NCBI RefSeq assembly: GCF_006345805.1
Contig: NC_043001.1
Coordinates: forward strand, 47,554,001 to 47,618,000
Source of the DNA: Octopus sinensis
Taxonomy: Eukaryota
Direction: 5' to 3'
DNA length: 64,000 nt
Positions 13,178 through 24,843 of the stretch are shown piece by piece. Made by a program: the position numbers and the translations under genes. Every line of letters begins with the position of its first letter. Position 1 is the first letter of the stretch. Under the pieces are notes generated by a model, which saw only the letters and a list, made by a program, of their open reading frames with translations, was not told the origin of the DNA and did no database searches.

Positions 13178-13490
13178 GATTCTCAACATGGGGTATACAC
13201 CCCACCGGTGGGGTCTCGGAAAATTGTGGCGGGACGTGGGATCCAATATTTTTCTTCTTATTTTAGTAGGACATGGAACTAAGAAAATATTTTTTTTCTT
13301 AGTCAATAATGTTCTTTTTTCTTGTACTCAGTACTTAATAAAAGAGTTACCAGTAGACTCTTTTGCATTAAATAATTGTGATAGAGTATTATAAAAAATA
13401 AAGTTGATTTTTTTCTAACCACGAGTGGGACATACATTTTTCTGGAAAGTTATTGTAAGGCCTGAGGGAAAATAAGTTGGGAAACACTGC
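13178..13490. mobile_element. hAT-like MITE
   Basis: GATTCTCAAC start and GTTGGGAAACACTG end resemble Charlie-type TIRs. Confidence 0.5.
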
Positions 13491-13712
13491 AGTAAGCTCT
13501 GGGATTTCTGGTTAAATACTAAGCTGTTAAACTTAGTTCCAAACAGATAACTAAACCTTAGGAGTGACATAAGCTAATAATGTATCTAAAAGTGTAATCT
13601 TTACGAAAGTATAACTATAAAAGTAAATTAAGTTTTAGTTGTCACGATATACCGTAACGTACTGAGTAATATCGGTTTCAAATTTTAACACAAGGCCAGC
13701 AATTTCGGGGAA

Positions 13713-13890
13713 GGGGTTAAGTCGATTATATCCACCTAGTACTCAATGGTACTTATTATTATCGACCCCCGAAAGGATGAAAGGCAAATAATTATCTCGG
13801 ATGAATTTAAATTCATAATATAAAGACAGGCGAAATGCAGTTAAGAATTTTGCCCGGCGTTCAAACGATTCTACCAGCTGGCTGCCTTAA
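13713..13890 (-). mobile_element. Deu/Nin-like SINE
   Basis: Similar to 8062-8272. Confidence 0.75.
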
Positions 13891-14399
13891 CCCGCTGTCT
13901 AACATCAATGCTACGGACCTTACCTTATAAATATTCCTGGAGTATACTGCCATATATCGCGACCATTATGAATATTCATGAATGGAACTTTTGCTGATCT
14001 CTTGTGATTTAAACTCGTTCAAGCATTCTCTTCTCTCCGTGTGTTTTATAAATATATAAAAGTCAGAATTTGACCCGATACTAGTTGTTTGCTTGTCTAT
14101 CCTATACACAGGCACGAGCTCGATTAAAACACTGCCTATAATCAATTCTCATTTAGGCAGCCATAACATCTTTGCATGCTAAATTTCGTTTAAAGTTATG
14201 GTTTAGGCAGAAGTTTGACCTGAGCGTTAATTGCATGTACCTATTATCTTACGTCATAAGACTTCGTATTACGTATAATTTATTACATATAATATTATTA
14301 TATAATTACGTATAATTCTGATGTCTAAATGTTTTAGTAAGGGAGACAACTCAAAAAATATTCTATTTGAATTATTGCGCTTCTATTAAGAATTATAGC

Positions 14400-14620
14400 C
14401 TATGTACATACATACATACAAACATACATACATACAAACATACATACATGATACATACATACATACATACATGCATGCATGCATACGTACATACATACAT
14501 ACATACATACATACATACATACATACATACATACATACATGATACATACATACATACATACATACATACATACATACATACATACATACATACATACATA
14601 CATACATACATACATACATT
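14400..14620. repeat. (TACA)n microsatellite (resumes at 15367-15480)
   Basis: Seen directly. Confidence 0.95.
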
Positions 14621-15365
14621 ATTATGGCTGCCCCCTCGTTATCGAGTATGGCCATTGCACGAAGCTTAACTGTTACTGGTGCTGTGATCGAATGTGACTT
14701 TTTAACCCAGCTAAAGATCTACAATGTTTTGTACAAAATTGGCAACTAAAACCTTTACCGGTAATAGCCGGCAGTAGTTGTAACTGGGCTTCATGTACCT
14801 TTGCATGTCGTTTAAGTCCTCCTGCCGAATTACACTCTCTTCCACATGCCCGACAGATATGATTAGTATGGTGTGTTACACCACCACCAGTGGCCAGGTT
14901 GTCATTCATCTGTCTCGTTTTATGACTACGAAGATGACTCATGAGTCCAGCTTTACTGAGGCAGGGTCTTGCACAGACATTGCGTGTCAGAATCAAAGGA
15001 AGATCCTTCCCTTCTGGAAGTGTAACAGCGATACCCCTCCTGACATCCCTCCTTACTTTCTCATGTGCAACTCGAGATTTCTCAAACGTGGCTGTCCCCT
15101 CATGCACAATCCTTCTCCACCTGCTACGATCAATAGCTATGCCTTCCCATATGTCAGGAGAGATGCAAGCATCTCTTAAGGAAGCCTTCAGCAAGTCCTT
15201 ATACCTCTTTTTTGGTTTATGTGGACGTCGTTCTCCTTTAGCTAACTCTCCATAAAAGAGTTGTTTTGGCATCTTTGAATCCTTCATTCTGACCAGATGA
15301 CCACTCCATCTGAGCCTTTGCTTTAACACAAGAGCTTCTATACTTTCACACCGAGAGCCTTCGCG
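14621..15365 (-). mobile_element. RTE-clade LINE 3' fragment ending in three C2H2 zinc fingers
   Basis: RLRWSGHLVRM..KQLFYGEL..RYKD RTE motifs; fingers at 14922-14984, 14793-14855 and 14679-14744; (TACA)n on both sides. Confidence 0.9.
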
Positions 15366-15781
15366 TATACATACATGCATACATACATACATTCATACAT
15401 GATACATACATACATACATACATACATACATACATACATACATACATACATACATACATACATACATACATGCATGCATGTATCTATGTGTGAGTGTCTT
15501 TGAATATAGAATAAGTACTAGGCTTTAAAGAAAAAAGTTCTGGGGTTGATTTCTTCGATTTAACTCGTCTAGGTGGCGCGTATGTATGTATGCATAGTTG
15601 AGAGGACTGGAACAACGTTAAATGAAGTGTTGTCTGCTCGAACACAATGCATCCCCGGTCTGGGAATCGAAACTACAATCTTGCGGTTGTGAGTGCAAAA
15701 CCTCTGACCACTAAGCCACACGCTTTCAAATGTGTGTATGTGTGTTTGTGTGTGTGTGGGTGTGGGTGTGGGTGTATTTGT

Positions 15782-15826
<45 letters not shown>

Positions 15827-15849
15827 CTTTTTATTAAAGCTACGCAAAC

Positions 15850-15973
15850 ATCACAAAACTGTTACTCAGAGTTACATGTTTTCCGTTTGTCGGACAGTTG
15901 CGATTAAGACTCGTCATAACAGCAACTGTCCGACGAATGGAAACGTGTAATTCTGAATAACGGTTTTGCGGAT
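15850..15973 (+). other. ~50-bp stem hairpin with 20-nt loop
   Basis: 15850-15901 pairs with 15922-15973; the non-Watson-Crick positions are G-U pairs, two A-C mismatches and single-nucleotide bulges. Confidence 0.75.
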
Positions 15974-16573
15974 AAAATAGTATACTACCCCTAACTTCGG
16001 TATTCGAGTGCTATTTTTCCACCTTGATTTGCGATTATGTGCTTACTCGTGTATGTGTGTGTGTGTGTGTGTAAATATGTTTGTATGCGAAAGCGAGCGT
16101 GTGCGCGCGCAAGCGAGTTAAAGTAAGTATCAGCCAAGCACTATAATAGAAATATTCGACTGACACATCCCCCTAAAATTGCTGGCCTTGTGCAAAATTT
16201 GGCTAGTTTCATCTGAGAGAAAATCTATAAATACAAACATATATACAGGTATGGGTCCGCGTACCTGTACATATGGTTGCATGTGTAAATTCCTGTATCA
16301 TCGCTGATGTTGCAGAGTCGTTCAAGTGTAATTTAGATAGAATGCCTTGTGTATGCCAATTTTTTTTTTGGCGTTTTGCAATCAATTTTCGCTTTCCTGT
16401 CACCAGCCTACTAATGACAGGAAACGGCTCCTTCCTGACACAGTTAACTCAAAGAAAGCAATAGGCATCCAATTACAGACCGAATAGTATATTGATTGGT
16501 GCGACAACTTAGTGGCATTATTAGAAGAAAGTGAACCCTACTCAAAGGGGGTTAAATGCTTGGATAGAAAAAT

Positions 16574-16624
<51 letters not shown>

Positions 16625-16664
16625 CACACACACACGTATGTATATGTATGTATGTATATATAAA

Positions 16665-17030
16665 CCGTCGTGGCACTCCGTCGGTTACGACGACGAGGAT
16701 TCCAGTTGATCCGTGAAATTAACGTGCAAGTGGCTGAGCACTCTCCATAGACACGTATATACCCTTAACGTAGTTATCGGGGAGATTCAACGTGACTCAG
16801 AGTGTGACAAGGCCGGCCCTTTGAAATACAGGTACAACAGAAACAAGAAGAAAAAGTGAGAGAAAGTTGTGTTGAAAGAGTACAGTAGGGGTCCCCCCCA
16901 ACCCGCCTGTCGGAGCCTCGTGGAACTTTAGGTGTTTTCGCTCAATAAACACAACCCCTGAGAATCAAAACCCCGATCCTACTTCAGCGAGTCCACTGCC
17001 CTAACCACTAGACCATAGCGCCTCACACAC
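16665..17030 (-). mobile_element. tRNA-derived SINE (third family, tail A)
   Basis: Head TGGTCTAGTGGTTAGGGCAG; body GTTTATTGAGCGAAAACACCTAAA shared with 27635, 33700 and 37751. Confidence 0.75.
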
Positions 17031-17033
17031 GCA

Positions 17034-17133
<100 letters not shown>

Positions 17134-17137
17134 AATA

Positions 17138-17189
<52 letters not shown>

Positions 17190-17376
17190 ATACTATATAT
17201 TAATAATAAATATTAGGGAATAATCCAAATTTACAGGGAAAAAATCAGATTAGGATTAAATCCAATTTTATAGTAAAATATTATAAAATTATTAGAGACA
17301 AAACCACTATTTTGCAAAACAAACAAGGAAAGACTTAATCAATACATAAAATTTTAATAAATAGTCCAAAAAACCG

Positions 17377-17419
17377 CCACTACAATCGTTTCTTGTCTTG
17401 ATCGACAATCTTCAGGTGG
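17377..17419 (-). ncRNA. Minimal type-I hammerhead ribozyme fold (mirror copy)
   Basis: Reverse complement of 17466-17508. Confidence 0.75.
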
Positions 17420-17465
17420 ACTTCCAATAATTCAGTGTCAAATTTGACACTGAATTATTGGAAGT

Positions 17466-17508
17466 CCACCTGAAGATTGTCGATCAAGACAAGAAACGAT
17501 TGTAGTGG
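17466..17508 (+). ncRNA. Minimal type-I hammerhead ribozyme fold
   Basis: Stem I CCAC/GTGG, CTGAAGA, stem II TTGTC/GACAA, GAAA, self-complementary ACGATTGT, GTA cleavage triplet. Confidence 0.75.
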
Positions 17509-17594
17509 CGGTTTTTTTGACTATTATTAAAATTTTATGTATTGATTAAGTCTTTCCTTGTTTGTTTTGCAAAATAGTGGTTTTGTCTCTAATA

Positions 17595-17624
<30 letters not shown>

Positions 17625-17625
<1 letters not shown>

Positions 17626-18863
17626 TGGGTCATCTCATAAATACTGCGGTTTTTTCGTGAACTAAAAGTCGGAGGGGAACGGGATAAGTTAGCTGCATCA
17701 ACCTGATACAAAAGCAGGTAGTAATTTTACCTTGTACTTATTCTTAGTGCAAGTTTTGAAGAGTGAAGTTCGATTTTAACAGTTATTTTTTCAAATATTT
17801 GTTATATTTTGCTTCATGAGTTCAATAAAGGCAACAACGCAACGGAAAGCGCGAGGAGTATTAATGCAGTATATGGGGATGGGACAATAAACATAAGCCA
17901 GTGTCAACGGTGGTTCCAGAAATTCTGAGTCGGAAGCTACTGCCTAGAAGACGAGCCTCGTCCTGGACGATCTGTAGAACTCGACGAGGACGTCCTGCAA
18001 AACCTGGTGGAACAAAATCCCATCGTAAGTGCTGAGGACCAAGCAGAGAAGCTTGGATTTGGTCATTCAACCATTCATCCATACCTGCATGCCATCGGAA
18101 CAGTTAGCAAATTGGGTCAATGGGTTATTCACAAACTTTCCGAGTTTAATCGCGCGTAGAGAGTGAATGTGTGCTCTTCTTTGCTGTCACGTCTCACGAA
18201 TGAATCTTTTTTGGACCGAATAGTGACTGGTGACGAGAAGTGGGTTCTCTATAAAAATGTCAAGCGTCGAATACAGTGGGTAGAGAAAGGAAAAACACCG
18301 GCACCCCAGGTTAAAAAAGGTCACGTAAGGTGTTGTTTTGTTTGGTAGGATATGAACGGTTTAGTCCACTTTGAACTTTTAAATCCAAACCAAACGATAA
18401 CAAAGGAGGTCTGTTGCAAGTAGCCTGAGCGGCTTAAGTCAACGTTAGAAGAAAACCGACTATCTTTGGTTTCAAGACGAAAGATGTTCTTCTATCAGGA
18501 TAATGCTCGGCCACATACAGCGCGGATGACATTCGGAAGGCTGGAGCGGTTTGAATGGGAAACGATGCCCTACCCATCACATTCGCCGACCATTGCCCCA
18601 TCTGATTATCATTTATTCCGCCGTCTTCAAAATCATTTGAACGGGAAAAATATGAATTCTGTAGACGGGGTCAGAGCAGGAGTATTTTTCGTCACGGGCA
18701 AGTGAATTTTGGAAGAGGGGCCTTGCAAGTCTACCAGATAGATAGAAGAGCATTGTAGGAAATGAAGGGGAGTATATTTTAGATTAAAAAAGAACTTTGT
18801 TTATCTTAATTTTGAAAAATAAAAGAAGTTTTAAAAAACCGCATTATTTATGGGATGACCCAA
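17625..18863 (+). mobile_element. Mariner transposon, same family as 6421-7691, pseudogenised
   Basis: TIR TTGGGTCATC/GATGACCCAA, TA TSD, IVTGDEKWVLY, FYQDNARPH, APSDYHLF. Confidence 0.93.
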
Positions 18864-18870
18864 TAATATG

Positions 18871-18902
<32 letters not shown>

Positions 18903-18930
18903 TGTATGTATGTGCATGTATGTATATATA

Positions 18931-18982
<52 letters not shown>

Positions 18983-19012
18983 ATATGTATATATATATGT
19001 ATCTATGTATAT

Positions 19013-19049
<37 letters not shown>

Positions 19050-19192
19050 GACTTATTGGAAGTCCACCTGAAGATTGTCGATCAAGACAAGTAACAATTG
19101 TAGTGGCGGTTTTTTTGACTATTTATTAAAATTTTATGTATTGATTAAGTCTTTCCTTGTTTGTTTTGCAAAATAGTGGTTTGTCTCTAATA

Positions 19193-19200
<8 letters not shown>
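19050..19200 (+). mobile_element. P1 repeat, hammerhead at 19064-19106 with GAAA changed to GTAA
   Basis: Near-identical to 17455-17604; stem III ACAATTGT. Confidence 0.8.
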
Positions 19201-19264
<64 letters not shown>

Positions 19265-19324
19265 GATACATACACACGCACACATGTGTGTGTGGGGGTA
19301 TGCATTTATGTTTGTGCATATATG

Positions 19325-19740
19325 TAAGTACATATACTTCTTTTACTTCTTTTACTTGTTTCAGTCATTTGACTGCGGCCATGCTGGAGCACCGCCTTTA
19401 ATCGAGCAACTCGACCCCGGGACTTATTCTTTTGTAAGCCCAGTACTTATTCTATCGGTCTCTTTTGCCGAACCGCTAAGTTACGGGGGCATAAACACAC
19501 CAGCATCGGTTGTCAAGCAATGCTAGGGGGACAAACACAGATACACAAACACACACACGCATATACATATATACGACGGGCTTCTTTTAAGTTTCCGTCT
19601 ACCAAATCCACTCACAAGGCTTTGGTCTTGAAATAAAGCGTCTTGCTCAAGAACACAACACGCAGCCCGGTCCAGGAATCAAACTCACAACCTCACGATC
19701 GTAAGCTCGACGCTCTAACCACTGAGCCATGCGCCTTCAC
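19325..19740 (-). mobile_element. CORE-type SINE 3' part abutting the tRNA head of another SINE (19627-19740)
   Basis: Similar to other copies; A box TGGCTCAGTGG. Confidence 0.75.
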
Positions 19741-19764
19741 TACCTATATCTATATATATATATC

Positions 19765-20002
19765 AAATTTTGATACTGATTAGAAGATCGAAAATCCACC
19801 TGAAGATTGTCGGAGCAGACATGAAACATTTGTAGTGGCGGTTTATTTAATTTATATTAAAATTTTATGTATTGATTAAGTTTCCTTGTTTGTTTTAAAA
19901 TAGTGGTTTTGTCTCGAATTATATTATATAATATTTTACTATAAATTGGATTTAACCCTAAATCTGATTTTTCCCTGTAATTTTGGATTCATTCCCTAAT
20001 AT

Positions 20003-20005
<3 letters not shown>
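19765..20005 (+). mobile_element. P1 repeat, hammerhead at 19796-19838 with intact core
   Basis: CCAC-CTGAAGA-TTGTC(GGAGCA)GACAT-GAAACATTTGTA-GTGG. Confidence 0.8.
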
Positions 20006-20039
<34 letters not shown>

Positions 20040-20058
20040 TATATATAATTATATATAT

Positions 20059-21123
20059 GAAAAGGCATGGAAGAGATACCTAGACGACTGTTTCATAATC
20101 TGGACAGAATCTCTAAATACTCTGGAAGAGTTCAATATCCTCCTGAACAACCTACACCCATCTCTCCAATTTACAAAGGAGATGAGTAGTACCAATTACC
20201 ATTCCTGGATATAATGGTAATTAAAAAAGACACCACCATCACCACAGATATATACTATAAACACACAGACACACATCAATACCTAAATTTTAAGTCGTGC
20301 CATCCACCACATACAAAACGTAACATCCCATACTGCTAGCCAGAAGAATTTGTACTATTGTAGAAGATGCAAATATCAGGAACAAACGCCTAATAGAACT
20401 AAGAGAATTTTTGCTCAAACAAAAATACACATCTCTACTTATAGAAAATGGCATACAGCGGGCTATAAAAATACCCATACAACAACTTAGGACAACCCAA
20501 GGAAGAGGAAAACAAGAACAAGTCATACCATTCATAGTGACACACAACCCATGTCACCAGAATATCTTCAACATTGCCAAAGCAAACCTACCAATCATTG
20601 CCCAAGTAATGAATTAAAAGACATAATCACGGATCGAGCTATGGTGCTTAGTAAAAGACAGCCTAAAAACTTGAAAACATTACTAACAAAGGCAAAATTT
20701 GACCTCAGCAACAAAGACCAAACATTCACGGTATCTAAATGCAATGATAGCCGATGTGGCACATGCCAATTCATACATACCGGTCAATATATAAACACAA
20801 AAACCGGGAAAATATTCACAAACGCGAATATGAACTGCAAAAAGCAGAAATTTAATTTATTGCATCAAATGCCCAAATTGTGAAGAAATATATGTAGGTC
20901 AGACGGGAAACGCACTATTAGAACGCTCACGTGTACACCGGCAACAGATTAGAGACCCAGAGGTCCGTCAGATACCTTTGAGTAACCACCTAGCAACATG
21001 TGGTCGGAAAATATATATAATATTTCCATTCTACAAATTACACAGCCCAAGTGAAATCGAGAGAGGAAAATCAGAGAAAAGAATTTTATTGATAAATTCG
21101 AACCCAAGCTAAATAAGCAATAA
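20059..21123 (+). pseudogene. Penelope-like element RT (C-terminal part) + GIY-YIG endonuclease, frameshifted
   Basis: RYLDDCFIIW, LPFLD, TDIYYKHTDTHQYLNFKSCHP, CNDSRCGTC, LIYCIKCPNCEEIYVGQTG, FEPKLN; 5'-truncated at (TA)n. Confidence 0.92.
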
Positions 21124-21790
21124 TAATAATACTTAGAGGTATTACTTCCACTGCTACGACCATGACCACTAACAACAACAACAATACTAAAGGTGATCAA
21201 GATGAAGAGAGCAGGAAAATTATCTTATTTAGGGTTAAAAGTTCTATTGCCACCACCATCACCACTAGCAACAATAATTAAGGTGCTGACAATGATGATG
21301 ATGACAATTGAAATATAAAAATATAAAAATCTCTGACAAAGGATATTTACAACATTTCTAAAAATAACTCAACAATTGCTGCTTCGGCCAGGGTCAAGAT
21401 ACAGGACTCTTGACATGTCCACAAAGCGTGATGACTAAACCAATCAGCTCAACCAACCAATCAGCTTAAGTAATTGAGTGATACTACACACTGATTGGCC
21501 AGAATACAGTTTGCAAAACCTAGCACTCTGGAGCAGCCTCTCCTAGCTGTATTTATAGCACAGAATCAATCATCTTTCTACAGTCAAAAATTGTGAAGCA
21601 TGACTGTCAACACTACTACATGAACCCGAAGATTGCAGAATTCAATGCATGAAAGTACTAGTTCAATCAGAATGAACATTTAACATTCTACTATTTCATT
21701 TTATTTTATTCAATTATAATATATTATCTTATAATATATCATTATAAGATTGTAAATAAAACGTGAAAATCAGACAGGTTGGAATTCTTT
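21124..21790 (+). mobile_element. Penelope 3' UTR / pseudo-LTR with CCAAT boxes and hammerhead relic (21621-21665)
   Basis: TGAAC-CCGAAGA-TTGCA..TGCAT-GAAAGTACTA-GTTCA; CCAATCAG at ~21441 and ~21458. Confidence 0.65.
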
Positions 21791-21844
21791 TTATTAATAT
21801 ATAATTATATATATTGTGTGTATGTATATATATATTAGATATAT

Positions 21845-21879
<35 letters not shown>

Positions 21880-21939
21880 TGTATATATATATATATTTAG
21901 ATAGATAGATAGATATACGTGTGTGTGTGTGTGTGTGTA

Positions 21940-22328
21940 TCTTTTACCTTTTATGTTTCACTTGTTTCAGTCATTAAACTGCGGCCATGCTGGGGTACCA
22001 CCTTGAAGAATCTTTAGTCGGGTGTATCAACCCCAGTACTTATTTATTTTTAAAGCTTGTTGCTTATTCTATCACTCTCTTCTGCTGAACCACTAAGTTC
22101 CGGAGAGTAAAACACACCGGCACCGGTTGTTAAGCGGTGGTTGTGGGGGGGGGGACAAACACAAGCACAATCACACACACAAGTCCATTCACAAGGATTT
22201 GGTCGGCCGGGGCTATAGTAGAAGACATTTGCCCAAGGTGCCACGCAGTGAGACAGAACCCGGAACCAGGTTGTGAAGCAAGCTTCTTATCACACAGCCA
22301 CGCATATATACACATACACACACGTAGG

Positions 22329-22359
<31 letters not shown>

Positions 22360-22580
22360 GTGTATACATATACATATAATATACGCACGCACACACACAC
22401 ACATACGACGGGCTTCTTTCAGTTTCCGTCAACCAAATCCACTCCCAAGGCTTTGGTCGGCCGGGACTCTAGTAGGAGATACTTGCCCGAGGTGCCCCGC
22501 AGTGAGACTGAACTCGGAACCAGGTTGTGAAGAAAGCTTCTTATCACACAGCCACGCATATATACACATACTTCACGTAG
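21940..22580 (-). mobile_element. CORE-type SINE with tandemly duplicated 5' half
   Basis: Two head copies (~22190-22300 and ~22400-22560). Confidence 0.75.
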
Positions 22581-22624
22581 GCACACATACAAAAAATACA
22601 TATGTATACATAGATAGATCGCTA

Positions 22625-22792
22625 GCCACTGCACATTATTTATTTTGTCTCCTTGTTTCTTTCTGTGTTCCTTTCTGTGGAAGAGCGTCGGCTCGAAACA
22701 TTACACTTTTTCACTTCCCGAGCGTTAAACTAATACATCTGTTTGTTGTCTACACCACCTGTCTTCGCCTTTTTTTTGTGAATTCTCTCCTA
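22625..22792 (+). mobile_element. P2-type repeat with degenerate hammerhead (22671-22706)
   Basis: CTGTGGA-A-GAGC(GTCG)GCTC-GAAAC; homologous to 41180-41370. Confidence 0.65.
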
Positions 22793-22795
22793 TAT

Positions 22796-22863
<68 letters not shown>

Positions 22864-23766
22864 TAATATATATATATATATATATAATATCGGCAAAAAG
22901 AGACCGATAGAATAGTACTGGGCTCATAAAAAGAATAAGTCTCGGGGTCGAGTTGCTCGACTAAAGGCGGTGCTCCAGCATGGCCGCAGTCAAATGACTG
23001 AAACAATTAAAAGAGTAAAAGAGTAAGATATATATATATGATATACGCACACACATGCACACGCGCGCGCTAGGGCGGGCTTCCGCAAAATTTCCATTTA
23101 TCAAATTCCACCTATCATTACGAAACTAGGCTAGAAGACACTAGTCCAACCTGTCATGCAATGAGATTGAACCTAGAACCAAGCGTTTAAGAAACAAACT
23201 TATTAACCACACAGACATTTATACAGGCGCTCCTGTAAATTTGGTAATCAAGAGTTTTTACCAACTTTCTCTAGTCAATGTCGATTTCTCCGAACTAAAC
23301 ACAAAATTATGTATTTAACATAAATACATAACCATAAATATTTGAGGACACCAAGTCAGTTGAAAATTACTTCAGTCTGTAACTGGTATTTATTTATTTA
23401 TAGATTTATGAAGACGAAAGTCGACTCTGGTGAAATTTCGGCGGTAATACAAAGTGACAAAACTGAAAAACACTTGTTATTTTGTCCGGCGTTCTACCGG
23501 TTCTGGCAAATCATTTCAATTCTGCAGGTGGTTTCTTTTAATTATGATCCACGACTTTACGCAGTTTACAAAAAAATATAAAAAAAAGTAGCTCTACAAG
23601 ACACGGCCCACTCTCTTACTCAAGACGCTTCCCACGTTGCGCTTCCTACGTGTTACCACAACACACACGCTGTATACTCTTACATAATCAATACTCAACA
23701 CTAAGGGACGTCATACAAGACCGAAACAGCTAAAATAATTTATATTCTATTCGTTTGCCAGCCTTT

Positions 23767-23812
<46 letters not shown>

Positions 23813-23889
23813 CACACACATAACGTTATATGGTTTGTTGACGGTGCCCCAGCGTGGCCACAGCCTTTAAGCGGAAAGTAGTAAAGGAG

Positions 23890-23923
<34 letters not shown>

Positions 23924-24265
23924 TTAAATAATAAGGGTTAAAAAAATTGAATATTATTTGATTAATATCAATTTAAACCAGTGGCCTAGCATGTTGAAAA
24001 AATCTGAAGATTCAGAAAAATTATATTACATATATATGCTAGATGTATGTGTGAGTGTATATATATATATTATATATATATATATATATTATATATATAT
24101 ATATATATATAATATATATATATATACATATATATAATATATATACATATATATATCCAAAATAATAAAGGATAAAATTAATTAATTAATTAATTAATAA
24201 TAATTAATATTTTGCCAGTAGTTCGGTATCTTAAAAGAGCCATTATCGGTTAACTTATACAAACA

Positions 24266-24394
24266 TTTTATAATTATGAACATGATTATAATTAGGGTTC
24301 AACAAAAATTTGCTTCACCACATACCGAAATTTACAAATAGCAGTTGAAAATTTTGGCTGAACCCTAATTATAATTATACTCATAATTATAAAA
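24266..24394. repeat. AT-rich inverted repeat inside a (TA)n-flanked insert
   Basis: TTTATAATTATG..ATAATTAGGGTTCA vs TGAACCCTAATTAT..CATAATTATAAA. Confidence 0.65.
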
Positions 24395-24415
24395 TTTATA
24401 TATATATATATATAC

Positions 24416-24843
24416 AAGGAGGTACCCAAAAGTAACCGGAAAAGTTCTCTGTAGGACAAGCCCGTAGTAGTTCCGGCTTCCGCCGCTGGAAGCCACTTAA
24501 TTCCAACCTCCAGTCATCAGTCTGCCGACAGGCGTCTTTAGGTGTTTCTCCCTTGTTCGTCGATGTTTGCGATGGCTGAAAGAAAGGAACAGCGTGTTTC
24601 CATGAAATTTTGCTTTCTCCTGAGGAAAACGGCGACCGAAACAGCTGCCATGCTTCAAACAGCTTACGAGGATGCTACCATGAGCAAAACACGTGATCTC
24701 CACGCTTTAGGAACGGTCACTTGTCGCTTGAAGACCAACCTCGTCCAGGGCGACAGTCGACTTCCCGAACGAATAAGAACATCATGAAAATGCATGAACT
24801 GATAGTGGAGGGCCATCGCCGAACGATTGACGAACTTGTTGGT
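24416..24843 (+). mobile_element. Mariner 5' fragment
   Basis: MAERKEQRVSMKFCFLLRKTATET N-terminus after a TIR-like TACAAGGAGGTACCCAAAAGT. Confidence 0.8.

Larger units (their letters stand above)
17210..17604. mobile_element. Penelope-type repeat (family P1) folded back as a palindrome
   Basis: Arms ~17282-17442 and 17443-17604, no spacer (centre TGTCAAA|TTTGACA); (TA)n flanks. Confidence 0.85.
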
